A stretch of DNA of 64,000 nucleotides from Calcarisporiella thermophila CBS 279.70 (taxonomy: Eukaryota; Fungi; Calcarisporiellomycota), in the NCBI RefSeq assembly GCF_041956535.1, contig NW_027192205.1, positions 193,785 through 257,784 on the forward strand, given 5' to 3'. The notes beneath the pieces were generated by a model. The model saw only the letters and a program-made list of their open reading frames with translations, was not told the DNA's origin and ran no database searches. A program made the position numbers and the translations under genes. Shown in pieces: positions 12,480 through 30,383 of this stretch (its first letter is position 1; every line of letters begins with the position of its first letter).

Positions 12480-15400
12480 TCAAAAGAATATTTGATCAAA
12501 GATCTTGTTCGGGCCATTCACCGTGGAATTTAACCGACGAGTTTCAAGTTCACTGTGCTGTGGCTCAAGTTTGGCCATGGCGCTCTCTAGAGCTGAAGTC
12601 ACCAAGGCGTAACGAGCCTGTTTTCGAGAGAGTATTGTGTAAAAAGCGCGTGCTCCCAGCCTTTTTAATAACACGCAATAATAACAAATTGGTAAACTAA
12701 ATCCAAATATTATCTATTATAATGCACAGCTTACCAGAGAACTTGCGCTTCAGTTACCTCGCATTTGCAACCGCATTGCCGTGCAATCTGAGAAGACTGC
12801 CGACTTCTGATAAGAACATAGCCAAAACGAATGATATTAAATGTGGCCTCTAGCAGTATAGTAAATCCAAAGCCCCGTTGTTATTGAGAGCACAATTCTT
12901 CAATTAAATGTTCCCATCATACCGATTAAAAAGCGTTCATTTTGCATAGGGAGCGATTTGGCATGATGATGAAACTTCATAGCACATAAAATGTAGTTTT
13001 GGTAAATGTTAAGCAGTACCACTGTGATCGAATTTAGTTCAGTATCGATATAGATGGGATGAAATTTAGGCTTCAACGCGCTGCATATCATATGGATCGT
13101 TAATGATCAATAAAGCATGGGTGAATTCCACTACTTACTGCATCATCTTATAAATTAAAGAAATACCGGGGTGGCTAGTTGTGTCAATGGTCAATAGTTC
13201 ATTGATATCTATTAATAAAAAAGAGCAGATGTTCAGAAAATCATAGGGCTCCACTATCCTTTTCTATATGCTCGAATTCCTACAGGATCCTCGTAAGCGT
13301 GAATAGTCAGATTTTATGGTGAAATTTTTTGTATTAATCAAGAGGCCGCACCAGGGAAAATCTAGAAAACACTGTGTTGAGCACAAGCTATCGGGATAGA
13401 ACAGACGATAAATATCCTTACCGAAAGTATGTTTGATTCTTGGCACGGTAAACCCATCCAGCTCCAAGTCGAAATTAATAAGTGATTTTTCGCGATTGAC
13501 AAAACAACCATAGGCAGGCATTCCATCATACATACACTGCAGAAATTTGGCAACATTCTCTTTAATTGTGCTTATGTAGAGAAAATCGTCGACGAATCTT
13601 AAAAGGGCCTGTTTTAGCATTATGGATATTGTTGGCTCGATCTAATGAAACTATCCAAATCAAAAGCCTACCCCATTTTTATCCGAAACCACAAACTGTA
13701 GCTTCTTTTTCTCGAGATCGCCATAATAATAACTAGATGAAAATATATGCTATTCAATTCATTTGAAACCGATTAGGCGATGCAATATCTCAGTTTTACC
13801 TGCAGAGAAGCGTAGAGAGTACTGACCCTTGTGGGATGCCCAAGGTTTGCTTATAAAACTTCTTTCCGATCTAGAAAATACACAGATGAGCAAGTATTCT
13901 AGTAAGTGTAGCAATCTCGCAGCAAACTTTACCTTGATTAGATTCGAAGAAACGTGCTCCTGCAACAAAGCAAGTAAAGATTCTCTATCTTCATAAGTGT
14001 GAACCACCTATGAGTTGAAAAGTGAGGTTTAGTCGATATTTTCATTATTTCGATTGCTAAATAGTTTCGCTATCTACCTGATCTACCAGAACAACATGCC
14101 GGAGGGAATGAGAAAGCTCCCGAGAAAAATCCACAAATTGCGGGAATTCATCTATAAAGTGCCGAAAAATCAAATGGGATGATTTGTGAAAAGAGAAGTA
14201 GAATTTTGCTATATATACCAGCCGTCCTAGCTTTGCGCTGATAGCTCTTTCTAATTTTCCCAGCCGAATTAAATAAAATAGCGTACTTTTGAACCAAATA
14301 TTCATCCTGTCAAATTTTTGACTAATTAGTTACTTTTATACCCAGGAAATATGGACGTTCGTATTACCTCCTTCAACACGTTTCGAATTATATCTAATAC
14401 CTTATGCTGATCGATGCTATCGAAGCAACATCTAATGTCTACTTTTGCGAAATATATCTGTTCTCTGTGAAATGAACGGTAGCAATTTAGCTCATATCAT
14501 CATTGTAGAATAAAGCAAATAAACCATACATACCTTTCTTTTCTGGCTTTTAAGAAGTGCTTTTTAAAACACTTCAGTTTTCGATAAATATCGTTTACTC
14601 CCAGCACAGAACTCCCAAGAATACCGTGTTGACGACCCTTAATAAAACAAATATATAGGTTGTTACATGTGCTGGTTTCTAAAATAAAGCAGTCTAATGC
14701 GTACTTTTTCAAATAGTAAAATTTGATACAAATTTTGAAGAATCGAGTTGATTGGGGGTCCGGGGATTAGCCGCGATTTCCCATTAGTTCTTTTTCCGTC
14801 TGCCGCAAGAAGACGTGCAATTTCCTAATTAACGAATTGTTAATAAATGCTTGTAGAAGGAGTCCTTTATCTCGCTGTACCTTTGACAGCCTTCTCCTCA
14901 AATTTATAATGGGGCGTAGCCCATTCTCCTTGGGTAGTAACCGAACATGGGAATATCCAAGGCGACGCCCTTTTAGTACCAACTCTAGGTTTGTCTGTGT
15001 ATATATTGTTAATATTTCAAGAGGCTAAACAAAATGCAAAATTAATAATACAATATACTTACAGTGGAAACTTCCTCTAGGAGAGCTGTCTTTATTCTCT
15101 CAAGAACCGGCTCAGTAATACGTGCCCATAAATCTTGTCGAAAATAAAAAAGCCGATTACGATGGGGAGCGCTTTCGGTCACATAGAAGTTCGTCTAATA
15201 TCAAATGGATATCGAAGGGTTTATCATTTAGGTTAGAAAAGGCGCTGCATGCAAAAGCGGTTGAGAGATATATAACAAAAATAAGACTCACGCGAATTAG
15301 AGCCATGATAAAGGAGTCGAATAGCCAAAAAATAAACTCGTATAAAATCTCTCTACGTTTCCGCGTTTCGGTCGGCGGGATGTGACGTGTGGAATTGATT

Positions 15401-17845
15401 TCATCTGGATCTAGCCAGCTGCACTTGTTTATCTATTTATGAAATGTAAGTCTGTAGGATGAGGCAACAATTCTACGATAAAAAAAAAGCTTACCTGAAA
15501 GCCTTGAATCACTTGGTGCAGAGAAATTGTTTCAAAACGTCGAATTCGAACGAATCGGTCGATAGCTTTATATAAATATTGCCTATTCTAGTGTCTTCTT
15601 CGCAAAATGATAATGTGGATTCCAAGAAACAAACCACTGGCAATCACATTCCAATTCTCCTCGCATCCCCAAAAGTCATTAGGGATGACACGGCGTACCA
15701 CGGCCTTCAGGAAAAACGACACTTGATGGTAGTTCGAAAAAGAAGCAATCAGTGAGGATGAGGTCGCATCGAATTCAAATTCTGTCGATAGTGTCCCGGT
15801 TGGTGGTAGGGGCTGTTGTGTAGCATATTCGTTCTCAGAAACGGTCTCGTGAAATGCTGGGGAGTGCTTTGTTTGATTAATAATTCCTATTGAGGAATTA
15901 CTTGATTTGAGTGCGTTAAATGTGCCTGAGCCTGACGTTGTCGCTACTGACTCAGTTTCATGTTTGTCAATGTCGACTTCCATCATGTCAGCTTTAGAAG
16001 TAGAATGACAGCTACTTGCCAAAGATTCGGACATGTTTGCCCCCGTTAAATCGAGCAACTAGATAGGATGAGTCTAAAAATTAGTCATTGAACAATTGCC
16101 ATTTCTATGCAAACTTCAGTACCGGAACGGGACAGTAGCGCTTTATCAGGTCAAGATATCGACAGCGGCGATGAAGTTGCATCATGCGCTTTACCATCGC
16201 CACAACCTTGCGGAGGCGCCAAGGGACTTTCTTAACTTTTGATATCTAATATATATATAAAAAGGATTCCCTTTATAATTGCCTCCACTAAATTGGCAGA
16301 GCCTTGTATACCTTTATTTCGTTCTCACGGTAAACAAATTCTTTGAATGGCTGTGTTGTTGCAGAATAGTCGACCGGACAAGTGAAAACATTTTCTAGCC
16401 GAAACTGCCTTGGGAATATGTAGCGAAGGATGTGCTCTGCGTCAGCGTCCGTGCCCGTTTGACGAAAACGATTCAACACATCTGATTGTCGTTAGAATAA
16501 TGGCAATCATTCACCAAGAATATGAATATCTAACAAACACACATCAACAAATATATTTTCTTACGTATTTTGGGAAGACCAAGGGCTATTGATCCATTTC
16601 TCGCACGCATTGGACGTGCGTAAAAATTTCGAGAACGCACAAAAATAATTTTTGCTGGTGTTAATCTTTCGAAAAGAGTGAGAAACCATTACTACGAGAC
16701 TTAAGTGGTAGAGGTCAATATCTTACTCAAACTTTGGCTGATTGCCACCATATATTAACTCATCTCCAATGCCACTCATAAAGCTTGAACTGGACACCGT
16801 ACGGGATAGGTCTCGCTTGAGATTACGGGTCAAGTTTAAATTGGAGGTTTGCTTCTCGAGCCGTGGCATTTTCATGGCTGGTTCCAGTGCTACTTCATCT
16901 AATTCTTTCTCTCGAGGCTCGCGAGCAGGTGACTTCTTCCTTTTTCGAGAAACGCCCTGTGCCTTCATCTTGCTCATGGAACCTGGATCCTCCAGATCCA
17001 CCTCCATTTCGTTTTGGTTGTTGTCTATATGCTTGAGGCATCTTTTGGGATTACACGCGTGAGTACTTTTATTACGAATAACAACATGGTGACTGTTCAA
17101 TGACTGGGGAGGCGTGGGAATTTCGTGGAGAGGCGTGCCGGTAACCTGAAAGTAACTGTCGTTTTGAAGTTCAACAAACATACTGGTATGGTTCAAGAGA
17201 TAAGACATGACGGAATCTCCAATCCTGAAGAAAATGTTCCAACGTTATTTTACGCCATTTTTATAAGAAATACCCAATCGTACCTCGATAAAAGTGTAAT
17301 CCATAGTTTGGACTTCAAGAAGTTAACGATGGTATTCGGAAACACACATTCAATCCCTCGCATACCATAGGTTGTGTACATGCTCTGGTCCCATGTCTAG
17401 CATGAGAGAGAGAATCGTCTATAACAGCCATAGAATTACAAAAACACAAATATTACATACTCTGCGATATCCATTAGTGAGCATGTTGGAAGGATAGCGA
17501 GATGTGCCAAATAATGACTCTATGGCACGGTTAACTAACTATGGATCGCTGTCAGAATTCGCGTTATTCAATAAAGATTCATCCAAGGATTACCTCATTC
17601 TGGTTTCTCTCTCTTATTGACACATCTTTCGGAGGCTCTCTCAAAGATACGCGTACAACCAAGGTAGTAGAAACGAATCTCGTATATTCGACAGGATCGG
17701 TGGGAAGAATGTATGGGTGCTCACCAACGTGGGAGATGAGAAATTGATGTAGCGTGGTAATTTCGGGAAACAGGCGAATTAAAACTGGATGCTCAATAGC
17801 ATGAGTCAAATGGCTCGACATAGGTATTCGTTCCAGGTCATCCAT
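12480..17845 (-). CDS. TERT: Telomerase reverse transcriptase (many short introns)
   Basis: TEN domain (NMLTNGYR, IGDSVMSYLL, YFQVTG); YIFPRQF; T motif FYVTE...FYFRQDLW; motifs 1/2 VRLLPKENGLRPIINL; motif A YFAKVDIRCCFDSI; motif B' GIPQGSVLS; motif C LLRFVDDFL; motif E FPWCGL. Confidence 0.95.
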
Positions 17846-18272
17846 CTGCAACACTACTCTCCATTTATCTTCCGCGTCTATGAAAAAAACAACGAGAACA
17901 ATGGAATTATGCAATGGATTTTTGGCCACCTTTTTAAAAACTGCTGCGCCCCTAACTACTACAAATTATTTCGAGTAATATAATTCCCTCGCAAACAACA
18001 TAAATGAAAAATGAAAAAAGAAAACCTATATGCGAATTAATTTCACTATTAGAGTCAAGTAACAAACACTTTGGGAGACCATATGACAATGTTATCCTCA
18101 CTTTAGTATTCAAAATGCAACAGAGATCTCAATTTGAATAGGCACACTAAAATCAGAAATTGGGGATACAATCTAATCCCATAATTTACGATACTGCGAT
18201 TTTGGCCCAGAATGGGTAAAAACGGCCCCTCGGTTCCAATTTCAAGGATTTTTCATTCATTCATTAATTTAT

Positions 18273-18551
18273 TTCGCAAAGCTAGAGCTTGTTCGTTCGT
18301 CCAAGTCACGAGTGAGTGTGGACAATTTGCGAAGAGCGATTTGCATTAGCCTCAGGTTAGGTTTGACGCTGAGAGTGCGTTCGCGCAAATGCTTTTTGCG
18401 TTTCAATACTGAGGATACAGTTTAATACCCGTTCAATGAGAGAAAGTTCAGAAATTATTAGTTGTAGCTGGAACACTCAATGTGATATAAGCTCGGCACA
18501 ACTTCAAATGGCTACTCAGGGTCATCGGCAGCTTTCACTTTAGTATCTCAG
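18273..18551 (+). ncRNA. Candidate structured non-coding RNA, unidentified
   Basis: Three consecutive nested stem-loops whose G-U pairs favour the + strand; no ORF; no recognisable snRNA, SRP or RNase P signature. Confidence 0.3.
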
Positions 18552-18854
18552 CTAATTTAAAAGAATTTCAGGAGTGGATAGATAGTGAAGTGAATCTTTA
18601 CAAAGTAATTGTAAATCCACGATTATCTCGCAAACTCTCTTTAGAGGCAAGAGTAAATATGTATTTTTAGAGTAAATTGCACAAGTTCGTTCGGCAACAA
18701 GAAAATAAAAAAGGAAGCGCATAAAGATCAAAAAAAAGAAAAAAAAACTCGAGGCAATAAAACACATAGTCAAAGGAATAATAAAAAAAATGCGAGAAAA
18801 GAAATCTTCATGAAAAACCAGATCCATAAGAATTTATCCAAAATTTATTTATTT

Positions 18855-23028
<4,174 letters not shown>

Positions 23029-24645
23029 CAATGCAGCTGGTAGGATAGCACCACGCCAATTGGGCAGCAAATAAAATTAAAAGGCTTAGAAAGAGATGTA
23101 AATGATCATAGACAGCGCATACACGCCGTCCGGGAATGAAAGCAATTCACGCGTTGGAGACGAGGAAGATTGTCTTATAGAGAGAGATTGGAGATGACAA
23201 AGAGAAAATGCAGTACAATTGCTGACTTTCTAGAGCGCCTGGAGTCACGACCAATGGAAAAGAAAGAGTGAGCAAGAAAGTGTCAGAACTATATATGAAA
23301 TAATAGGGATGATCAATTAGCAGATTATTTTGAAAAAAACATAAAATATTCCCCATTCGATTGCTTTTGTGATGGGAATTTTATGCATCAGAGGAAGAAG
23401 TCGCGAAAGATTTTTAAGTAATCTTACCAAGTAAAGTGGAATTGGATATATCCTAGAGATGACAGTGTGCAGGAGTGAAGGCCTCGACAAATATAGCAAT
23501 GTAGACAAAGGCAAAAGAAATCCCTAAGATCTTTCAGTGGGAAAACAAAAACAGGCCACAGGGTGTATATAAGAATGTGCAAAATGTATAATAAGATGAA
23601 ACCATTTGCTCTCGTACACTAGAATACCTTTGTTCGTTCCTCGCTGTAGGACAGTGAATGTTGGTGACGTATCGATTTGGTTCACCATCTATTTCCTAGA
23701 CTAGGCCAAACCTTTGCTCCTTCCGCTTAAGCCTAGAGGCGAATAGACATTTAGGCAGTCCACAGTTCTGGCAGAATATGGAAAAGAAATTTCATACTTG
23801 GTGTTTCATATTTTGAGATTCAAGTGACCTTTGGAACCTACGAATAAACAAAGAGAGAAAATTGGCACATCTATACCCACCTCTAATTATACATGACAAT
23901 AGCTTTCATTCTCGCGTGAGCAACGCTTGTTCCAAGGAAGGTCGGAAATTAGTTTAGAAGCTCAAGCTTAGAAATCTGTTGAAATACTTAGAATCTTCTC
24001 AAGCATCTATAGGACACGCATGCCAAAATGATTAAGTAGCAATTTTGCATTTGCCTGCTAGCTGTGTTTCAGGACTTTGAAGTGGATTCCCCTAATATGC
24101 GCCCTACTTAAAAACGTACATTGGATTTCTTCCGCAAAACAAATACGAATAACTCTCACTAATATCCTGCTGTATTTGCAGTTTGCATAAAGAACACTAG
24201 TCGGCTGTGGTCTGATCACTCCGATACATGTAAACTGTAATATCAGCATCAACAAAGTCGGCAATAACTAGTTACCCTGTCTATCCTCCGAAGAGGATGC
24301 ACTCTAGTTAAATATTCAGTCATCAAAGCACCTATCGGAACTAATCGCTTGATAACTTGAGCAATATGACATCAAGACTCTTGGCTAAGTTTCTTTAATA
24401 TAAAGTATAGATTTGTAGATGATAATAATCTTGAATGAGATTGGTTAGGAGAGAGTGGGATTGGTTGCAATGTTATTGTTTTTCTCTTCCCACGAATTCA
24501 TGTTCGTTTAACATTAACAATCTGTTGCATTATCAGCGCTTTAGATTAAAAAATGGAATTGTGACGGCTTTGTGGCTTATAAAGAGGCGAATCCAAACAA
24601 GTTCATTTCTCAATAATAGAAAGCTAGAAGAGTTGGTCCTGAAGG

Positions 24646-25706
24646 ATGCGAGTGAAACGAGCCAAATCTTACAAGCGACATATGTCGCTCTATCATTTTG
24701 CCTTTGGATTCCGACAACCTTACCAAGTTTTAGGTTGGCTATACTTATTATTTATTAAATTTATCCACCATTGCTTAATAATTGTATTCGCAATCTAGTT
24801 GATTCCAGCTTTTGCCTTGAGAGTCTGAAATGCCAGATGAAAATTAAAAAACAAGTACCGAGGATATTACATGGAGACGCAAAACTGAGTAAGTATATTC
24901 ACTTTTTGTATTTGCAGTTGCTCGTATAAACATATTTGCTAACCGCATCATTATAATGAGTGATTACTCAATGCGTGATCAATGAACTCTACTCTCAATG
25001 TGAGAATGTTGACGCTGCTAAGCAGCTCGTTCGTGACATGGAGAAACGGCGGTGCCCCCATCGTGAAGAAGCTGTGTCAGCCCATCAATGTATATCAGAA
25101 ATTATTGCCGATACCAATCCTCATAACTATTGCGTCTCCTCCCAAGATCCTAATCTCCGCGAACTACTTCGTTGCATCCCCGGTGTACCCCTCTTGTATA
25201 TAAACCGGTCGGTTCTCATTCTAGAGCCTCCCTCTGAGGAGACATTAGAGCATGCCCAGCGAGCAGAAATGAAAAAAATCCACGCTAAAAAGGAAGAGCT
25301 GGACTTCTTGCAACGGAGAAATCCAGAGGCGTTAGCAAAAAAGAAGGAGGAAGAGGAGAGAGGCAAGAAGAGGAAGCGGAAAGGCCCGAAAGGACCTAAT
25401 CCTTTGAGTGTTAAAAAGTCGAAGAAGAAGAAGGAAGAAGGGGATAAGAGAGAAAAGAAAGCCGAACAAAGCGCGGGCGGCACAACGAAAGAGAAGGGTG
25501 AGTCGGTGGAAAAGAGTAAGGAAATTGTCACAGAGCAAGAAGATGTGGGCGAGACAACGAAGGAGGATACTGCAGTAGGGGAGGAGAAAACTGGAAAGAA
25601 AAGGCGCCGGCGTAGAAAGAATCGTGCTCGGAGCGACAAAGCAAATACTTCACAAGAGGGCGATAGCGCAGAGCGAGCGGGTGAAAGTGGCTCCGAGAGC
25701 GATTAA
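24646..25706 (+). CDS. UTP23: rRNA-processing PIN-domain protein Utp23 (3 exons)
   Basis: MRVKRAKSYKRHMSLYHFAFGFRQPYQVL, ITQCVINEL, RRCPH, YCVSSQD..LR..PGVPLLY, KGPKGPNPLSVKK. Confidence 0.92.
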
Positions 25707-27833
25707 AACTAATTTGAACATGTAAAAAGATACGCATATTAAAATGAAATTTTCTTAAGGTAAATGCCAAATACACCTGATTCCTAAGATACTACTACAT
25801 GCTACAGCAGAATTTGCTAGGTGCGCAAGATTTATCTGACTTTTGTATTTAAAAAAAAATATTACTAGAAAGTGGTAGTCTTCAACGAATATGTCCTATG
25901 AATACACCCTTCATTAAAGGATATCCAATACAGTATATCAAATCGTATGCTATTGTGGATTAAATGCCAAAAATATTTCCAAAACTGCAGATATATTTAG
26001 AATATATGGTATTAATGAATAGCTGGGAGCGTCTTAAGTAGTCAGGTAGAGCTATACATTCGGTTTGTTGAATAATGGTGGTCGAGTTAATCTGCACTTT
26101 AATACATTGGAAGCTGGCTTTATTTTTGGCATAATCTTTCAAAGCAATGAAGGGGCTAGCGAGTATAAAGCAAGGAAAGGAAATATGCTATACTATGAGC
26201 AAATATGGGTAAGAATAATAGAGGATGAAATGAATGCTGCTTCCATCGAGACCTAACTGATGCCTCACTATTATAGGCAAGCCCAGTTTAGATTTTATGG
26301 ACTATTTATATGAACGCACAAAAGATTTGCTACCAGTGTACAAACTACCATAAGCCCTCTTCCCTCTTTATGCATTGAAAAAATACTATAAATGCCGATT
26401 ATGGTAGCCGCAATTAATCACCCAATTCGAAGCCACTCTCTTTAAAGTTTGCATTTCTTGAACACATACAAAGATTCTATAGCGGTGGTAGGAAAAGCAA
26501 GTTTTTTTGAGTGGCCTCTCCCAACATTTTTTGTTCGCTGTAAATGATCTGCAAAGGATATATATATGTTTATCCCGGCTAAACCATTTATCTAATCGAC
26601 TCATATTTTTTTGATTGTCGACCCATTATATGCTGTGACCATAATTCTCACGGTTAATTGTATGTGGTTATAAATGCCTGATTTCAAGGTCATTACGAAA
26701 AAGAGCTTCACTAACAAAAGAATATGGTGTCGAGAAATACGGAGCAAAAAAAAAAAAATACACATTGCATTAATTACCAAGTAGAATATCCCTCCAGAAT
26801 CCTTACCGCAGACCCGATTACAAGAGCAAAATCGGCCTTTACTCCATCTGAACTAGAGCAGAAATTATTGACAAAACAATTGAAGTGACAAATTAAAATT
26901 TATTTCCGCAATGATGCTTCTCATCTAATGCCGCATCTGTGAAGGAAAGTTTTAACAAGCTGGCGAGGATTTAATTTAGAGTCCCGCTCTTCTTGTTATC
27001 GCCACAATTGTTCTTATTTGCATGCGAGATAGTATAGGCGAGTGCACGCTATTTCAATTTGATTCATCTCTGCTTACGCTATTGCTTGTATATTTGTTGA
27101 CGCGCTTGAGGGCAGACATTGCGTGGTTGGGGTGCGATTCTGGCTATCAGCTCGGCCCTGCTCCTTTATCTATCTACCAGGAATCAAAGCTGAGACGCTT
27201 CTCTTTGTGCTAGCTTATCGATTTCGCAGCTGTGTTCCATTTGTTCTCGCGCCCCATTAAGCTTTTCACAAATCTCGATAGCTCTCGCGTGATAGCTGAT
27301 AATCGCGAGCCCCTCAGGGTGCAACAAGGCGCTTGAGCCAGCTTCGTCAAGAACCGGTTGGGCCACCATGGCGCCCCGGGCGGGAGGTAACGAGAAGATC
27401 TGCACCCGCGCCATTCAGCATGCTGGTGCCGGCCCAAGGCCAATAGAATGCCGGCATACGGCAGGGCCTGCGATGGCTGCAGCCGGGGCGGGGGCGGTAT
27501 CAAGCGGGCGCGAGCCCTGTCAGTCATGCGCGGGCCAGAGTGCTCGGTGCGATACGGCCCAGCATATCGAGAAGGTTGCCAATAGTGCTGACAAAAAACA
27601 AGGTTTTGGGAAACATATCGATAGATAAATTTGAATTTCAGACTAAATAAAAAGAGAAGAGGTGGGGACGCCTCGAAGGAAAAAATAGCCAAAAAAGCTC
27701 CTCTGCCCTAGTCCCCACTATTTTGCCCTGCCTTTTCTCCCCGCTTATTTTCCCCTCGGCCTCTCTCGATCACTTTCGTCATTCTCCTCAAGCATTCCTC
27801 TAGCATTAACTCCCTTCAATTGATTGATTCGAC

Positions 27834-30322
27834 ATGTCTGAAATCCAAAGACGCGAAGTCCATCGCCCCCTCTTATTCGAAATCGCGTGGGAAGTTGCTA
27901 ATAAAGGTGACATTGAGCCAGGTTTTCGGATGTCTTTTACCACGGTGCCAGCTCTAACTCCTTTCTGTTTGGTCTTGGTTGCCTTCTAGTCGGCGGAATT
28001 TATACCGTGCTCAAGACAAAAGCCCCCGTCACAGTACATGAATATGGTGATCGCTATGTTATGATCGGCCCGCTCTCTTACAAGACAGCTCCTGTCGAGG
28101 TGGAGGCTCTAGAGCCCCACACGGAACCCCTGCGAAAAACCCTGGATTCCATGAAGCAGAAGGGGGTTAAATTCTTGTTCGGTCGCTGGCTTATAGAGGG
28201 TGCCCCATACGTGTTGCTCTTTGACACGGGCTCTTGCTACGACAAACTGAATGAATGGAAGGGTGATCTTTGGAACGTGGCCGGGATTCCATCGCCACCC
28301 AGTGACCATGAAACGAATGAGGCAGTCCTGTTTGGATATATAGTCGCATGGTTCCTCGGCGAGGTAAGTCTATACCGATGTTTGTTTCAGCCCTTCCAGT
28401 ACAAGGTAAGCCTGACACTGGCGTGCAATGCTCCTCCTAGTTTGTTGCGCACGAGCAAAAGGCTGCTGTGATCGCGCATTTCCACGAATGGCTTGCGGGA
28501 ATCGGTATCACTCTCTGCCGCAAACGACATATCGATGTGACGACAATTTTCACCACCCACGCTACCCTCCTCGGACGTTACCTGTGCGCAGGCGACGCAG
28601 ACTTTTACAATCATATGAAATTTTTCGATGTGGACCATGAGGCCGGTAAGCGCGGTATTTATCATCGCTACTGCGTTGAGCGAGCAGCAGCCCATTGTGC
28701 CGACGTGTTCACCACCGTCAGTCATATCACCGCCTATGAATCAGAAAACTTGCTAAAGAGAAAACCTGGTAGATAGGGGCATTTATTGGAGTCGAATTCC
28801 GGACATGCTTTTCTGACTTGTTGCTTTTTTAATAACTTAGATGGCGTCTTACCCAACGGCCTCAACGTTGTCAAGTTTTCGGCCATGCATGAATTCCAGA
28901 ATCTTCACGCTGTTGCTAAGGAAAAAATTCAAGATTTTGTCCGAGGCCACTTCTATGGTCACTATGACTTTGACCTGGACAACACGCTCTTTTTCTTCTG
29001 TTCGGGTCGCTATGAGTATCGTAATAAGGGGCTGGATATGTATCTTGAGGGATTAGCACGTAAGTGATCGATTGCAGGCTGTTTTCTTGTGATTCTGCCT
29101 CACGGAGTTTCCTTTCTTTCCTTCTTTTATTATTTCTCTAGGGCTTAACAACCGTCTTAAGAGTTGCAATTCACCTGTAACGGTGGTCGCCTTTATCATT
29201 GCCCCTGCTCCCACTCATTCCTACACGGTGGAGGCCCTCAAGGGCCAGGCTGTCACAAAACAGCTCAAAGATACCGTCAACGAGATCCAGGAACGCATCG
29301 GTAAACGGCTGTTCGAGGCTGCTTTGCGGTAAGTATTCACATCTTTGCTTGGTGGCGTTAAAGGTCTAAAATGAAGGCCAATTTTTCTTTACAACTCCAT
29401 TTACTAGTGGGCATGAGCCTGATGGCAAGGATTTGTTATCCGAGGAGGATAAAATCTTGCTCAAACGCCGCGTATTTGCCCTTAAACGTTCCTCCCTTCC
29501 CCCCATCGTGACGCATAATATGGCCGATGACAGCTCCGACCCGGTGCTGAACCAACTCCGCCATGTTCATCTTTTCAATAGTCCATCAGACCGTGTCAAG
29601 GTCGTTTTCCACCCCGAATTCCTCAATGCCAACAATCCCATTCTTGGCCTCGATTACGAAGATTTCGTGCGGGGCTGCCACCTCGGCGTTTTCCCGTCCT
29701 ACTATGAACCCTGGGGCTACACTCCTGCGGAGTGTACCGTGATGGGTATCCCTTCGATCACGACCAATCTATCCGGATTCGGGTGCTTCATGGAGGAGAG
29801 TATTGAGAACCCATCCGATTACGGAATTTATATCGTTGACCGCCGGCTCAAATCTGTGGAAGAGTCGGTGCAGCAGTTGGCTGATTTCATGCTGCAGTTT
29901 TGCCAAAAATCGCGCCGCCAGCGGATTAACCAACGCAACCGAACAGAGCGCCTCTCGGATCTGCTTGATTGGAAACGCATGGGTCTTGAGTATATCAAAG
30001 CGCGCCAGCTCGCGTTACGTCGGGCTTATCCCGACAGCTTTGATGATTACGGTAAGGTGTCGTTCGATGCTCCGGCCAAACTCCCTAGGCCTTTAAGTGC
30101 ACCGGGATCGCCTAGGATCCGCGGCGATATGCGCTCTCAAATGGAGCAGATGCGTCTCGGAGATGATGGGCAGCCGGTAGGTGAGGAGGAGGAGGAGGAC
30201 GAGTATCCCTTCCCGATTGTGGTACGTAGGCAGCCGGAGGCCGGGTCCAAGGAAGAGGAGCTACTGCGAGAAGGTGATTTAGAGGCACTAGACCAGTTGA
30301 AAAAGCAGATACAGCAGCAACA

Positions 30323-30355
<33 letters not shown>

Positions 30356-30383
30356 TCACCCGAACCAAACGAATGGATCTTAA
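27834..30383 (+). CDS. GSY1: Glycogen synthase (GT3), multi-exon
   Basis: [67 protein letters not shown], regulatory [10 protein letters not shown]. Confidence 0.97.
30312..30355 (+). repeat. CAG/CAA polyQ microsatellite at the glycogen synthase C-terminus
   Basis: About 15 Gln codons. Confidence 0.9.

Noticed and set aside
27184-27692. ORFs in the GC-rich island upstream of glycogen synthase
   Set aside because: Overlapping short ORFs on both strands are expected in GC-rich DNA; no domain
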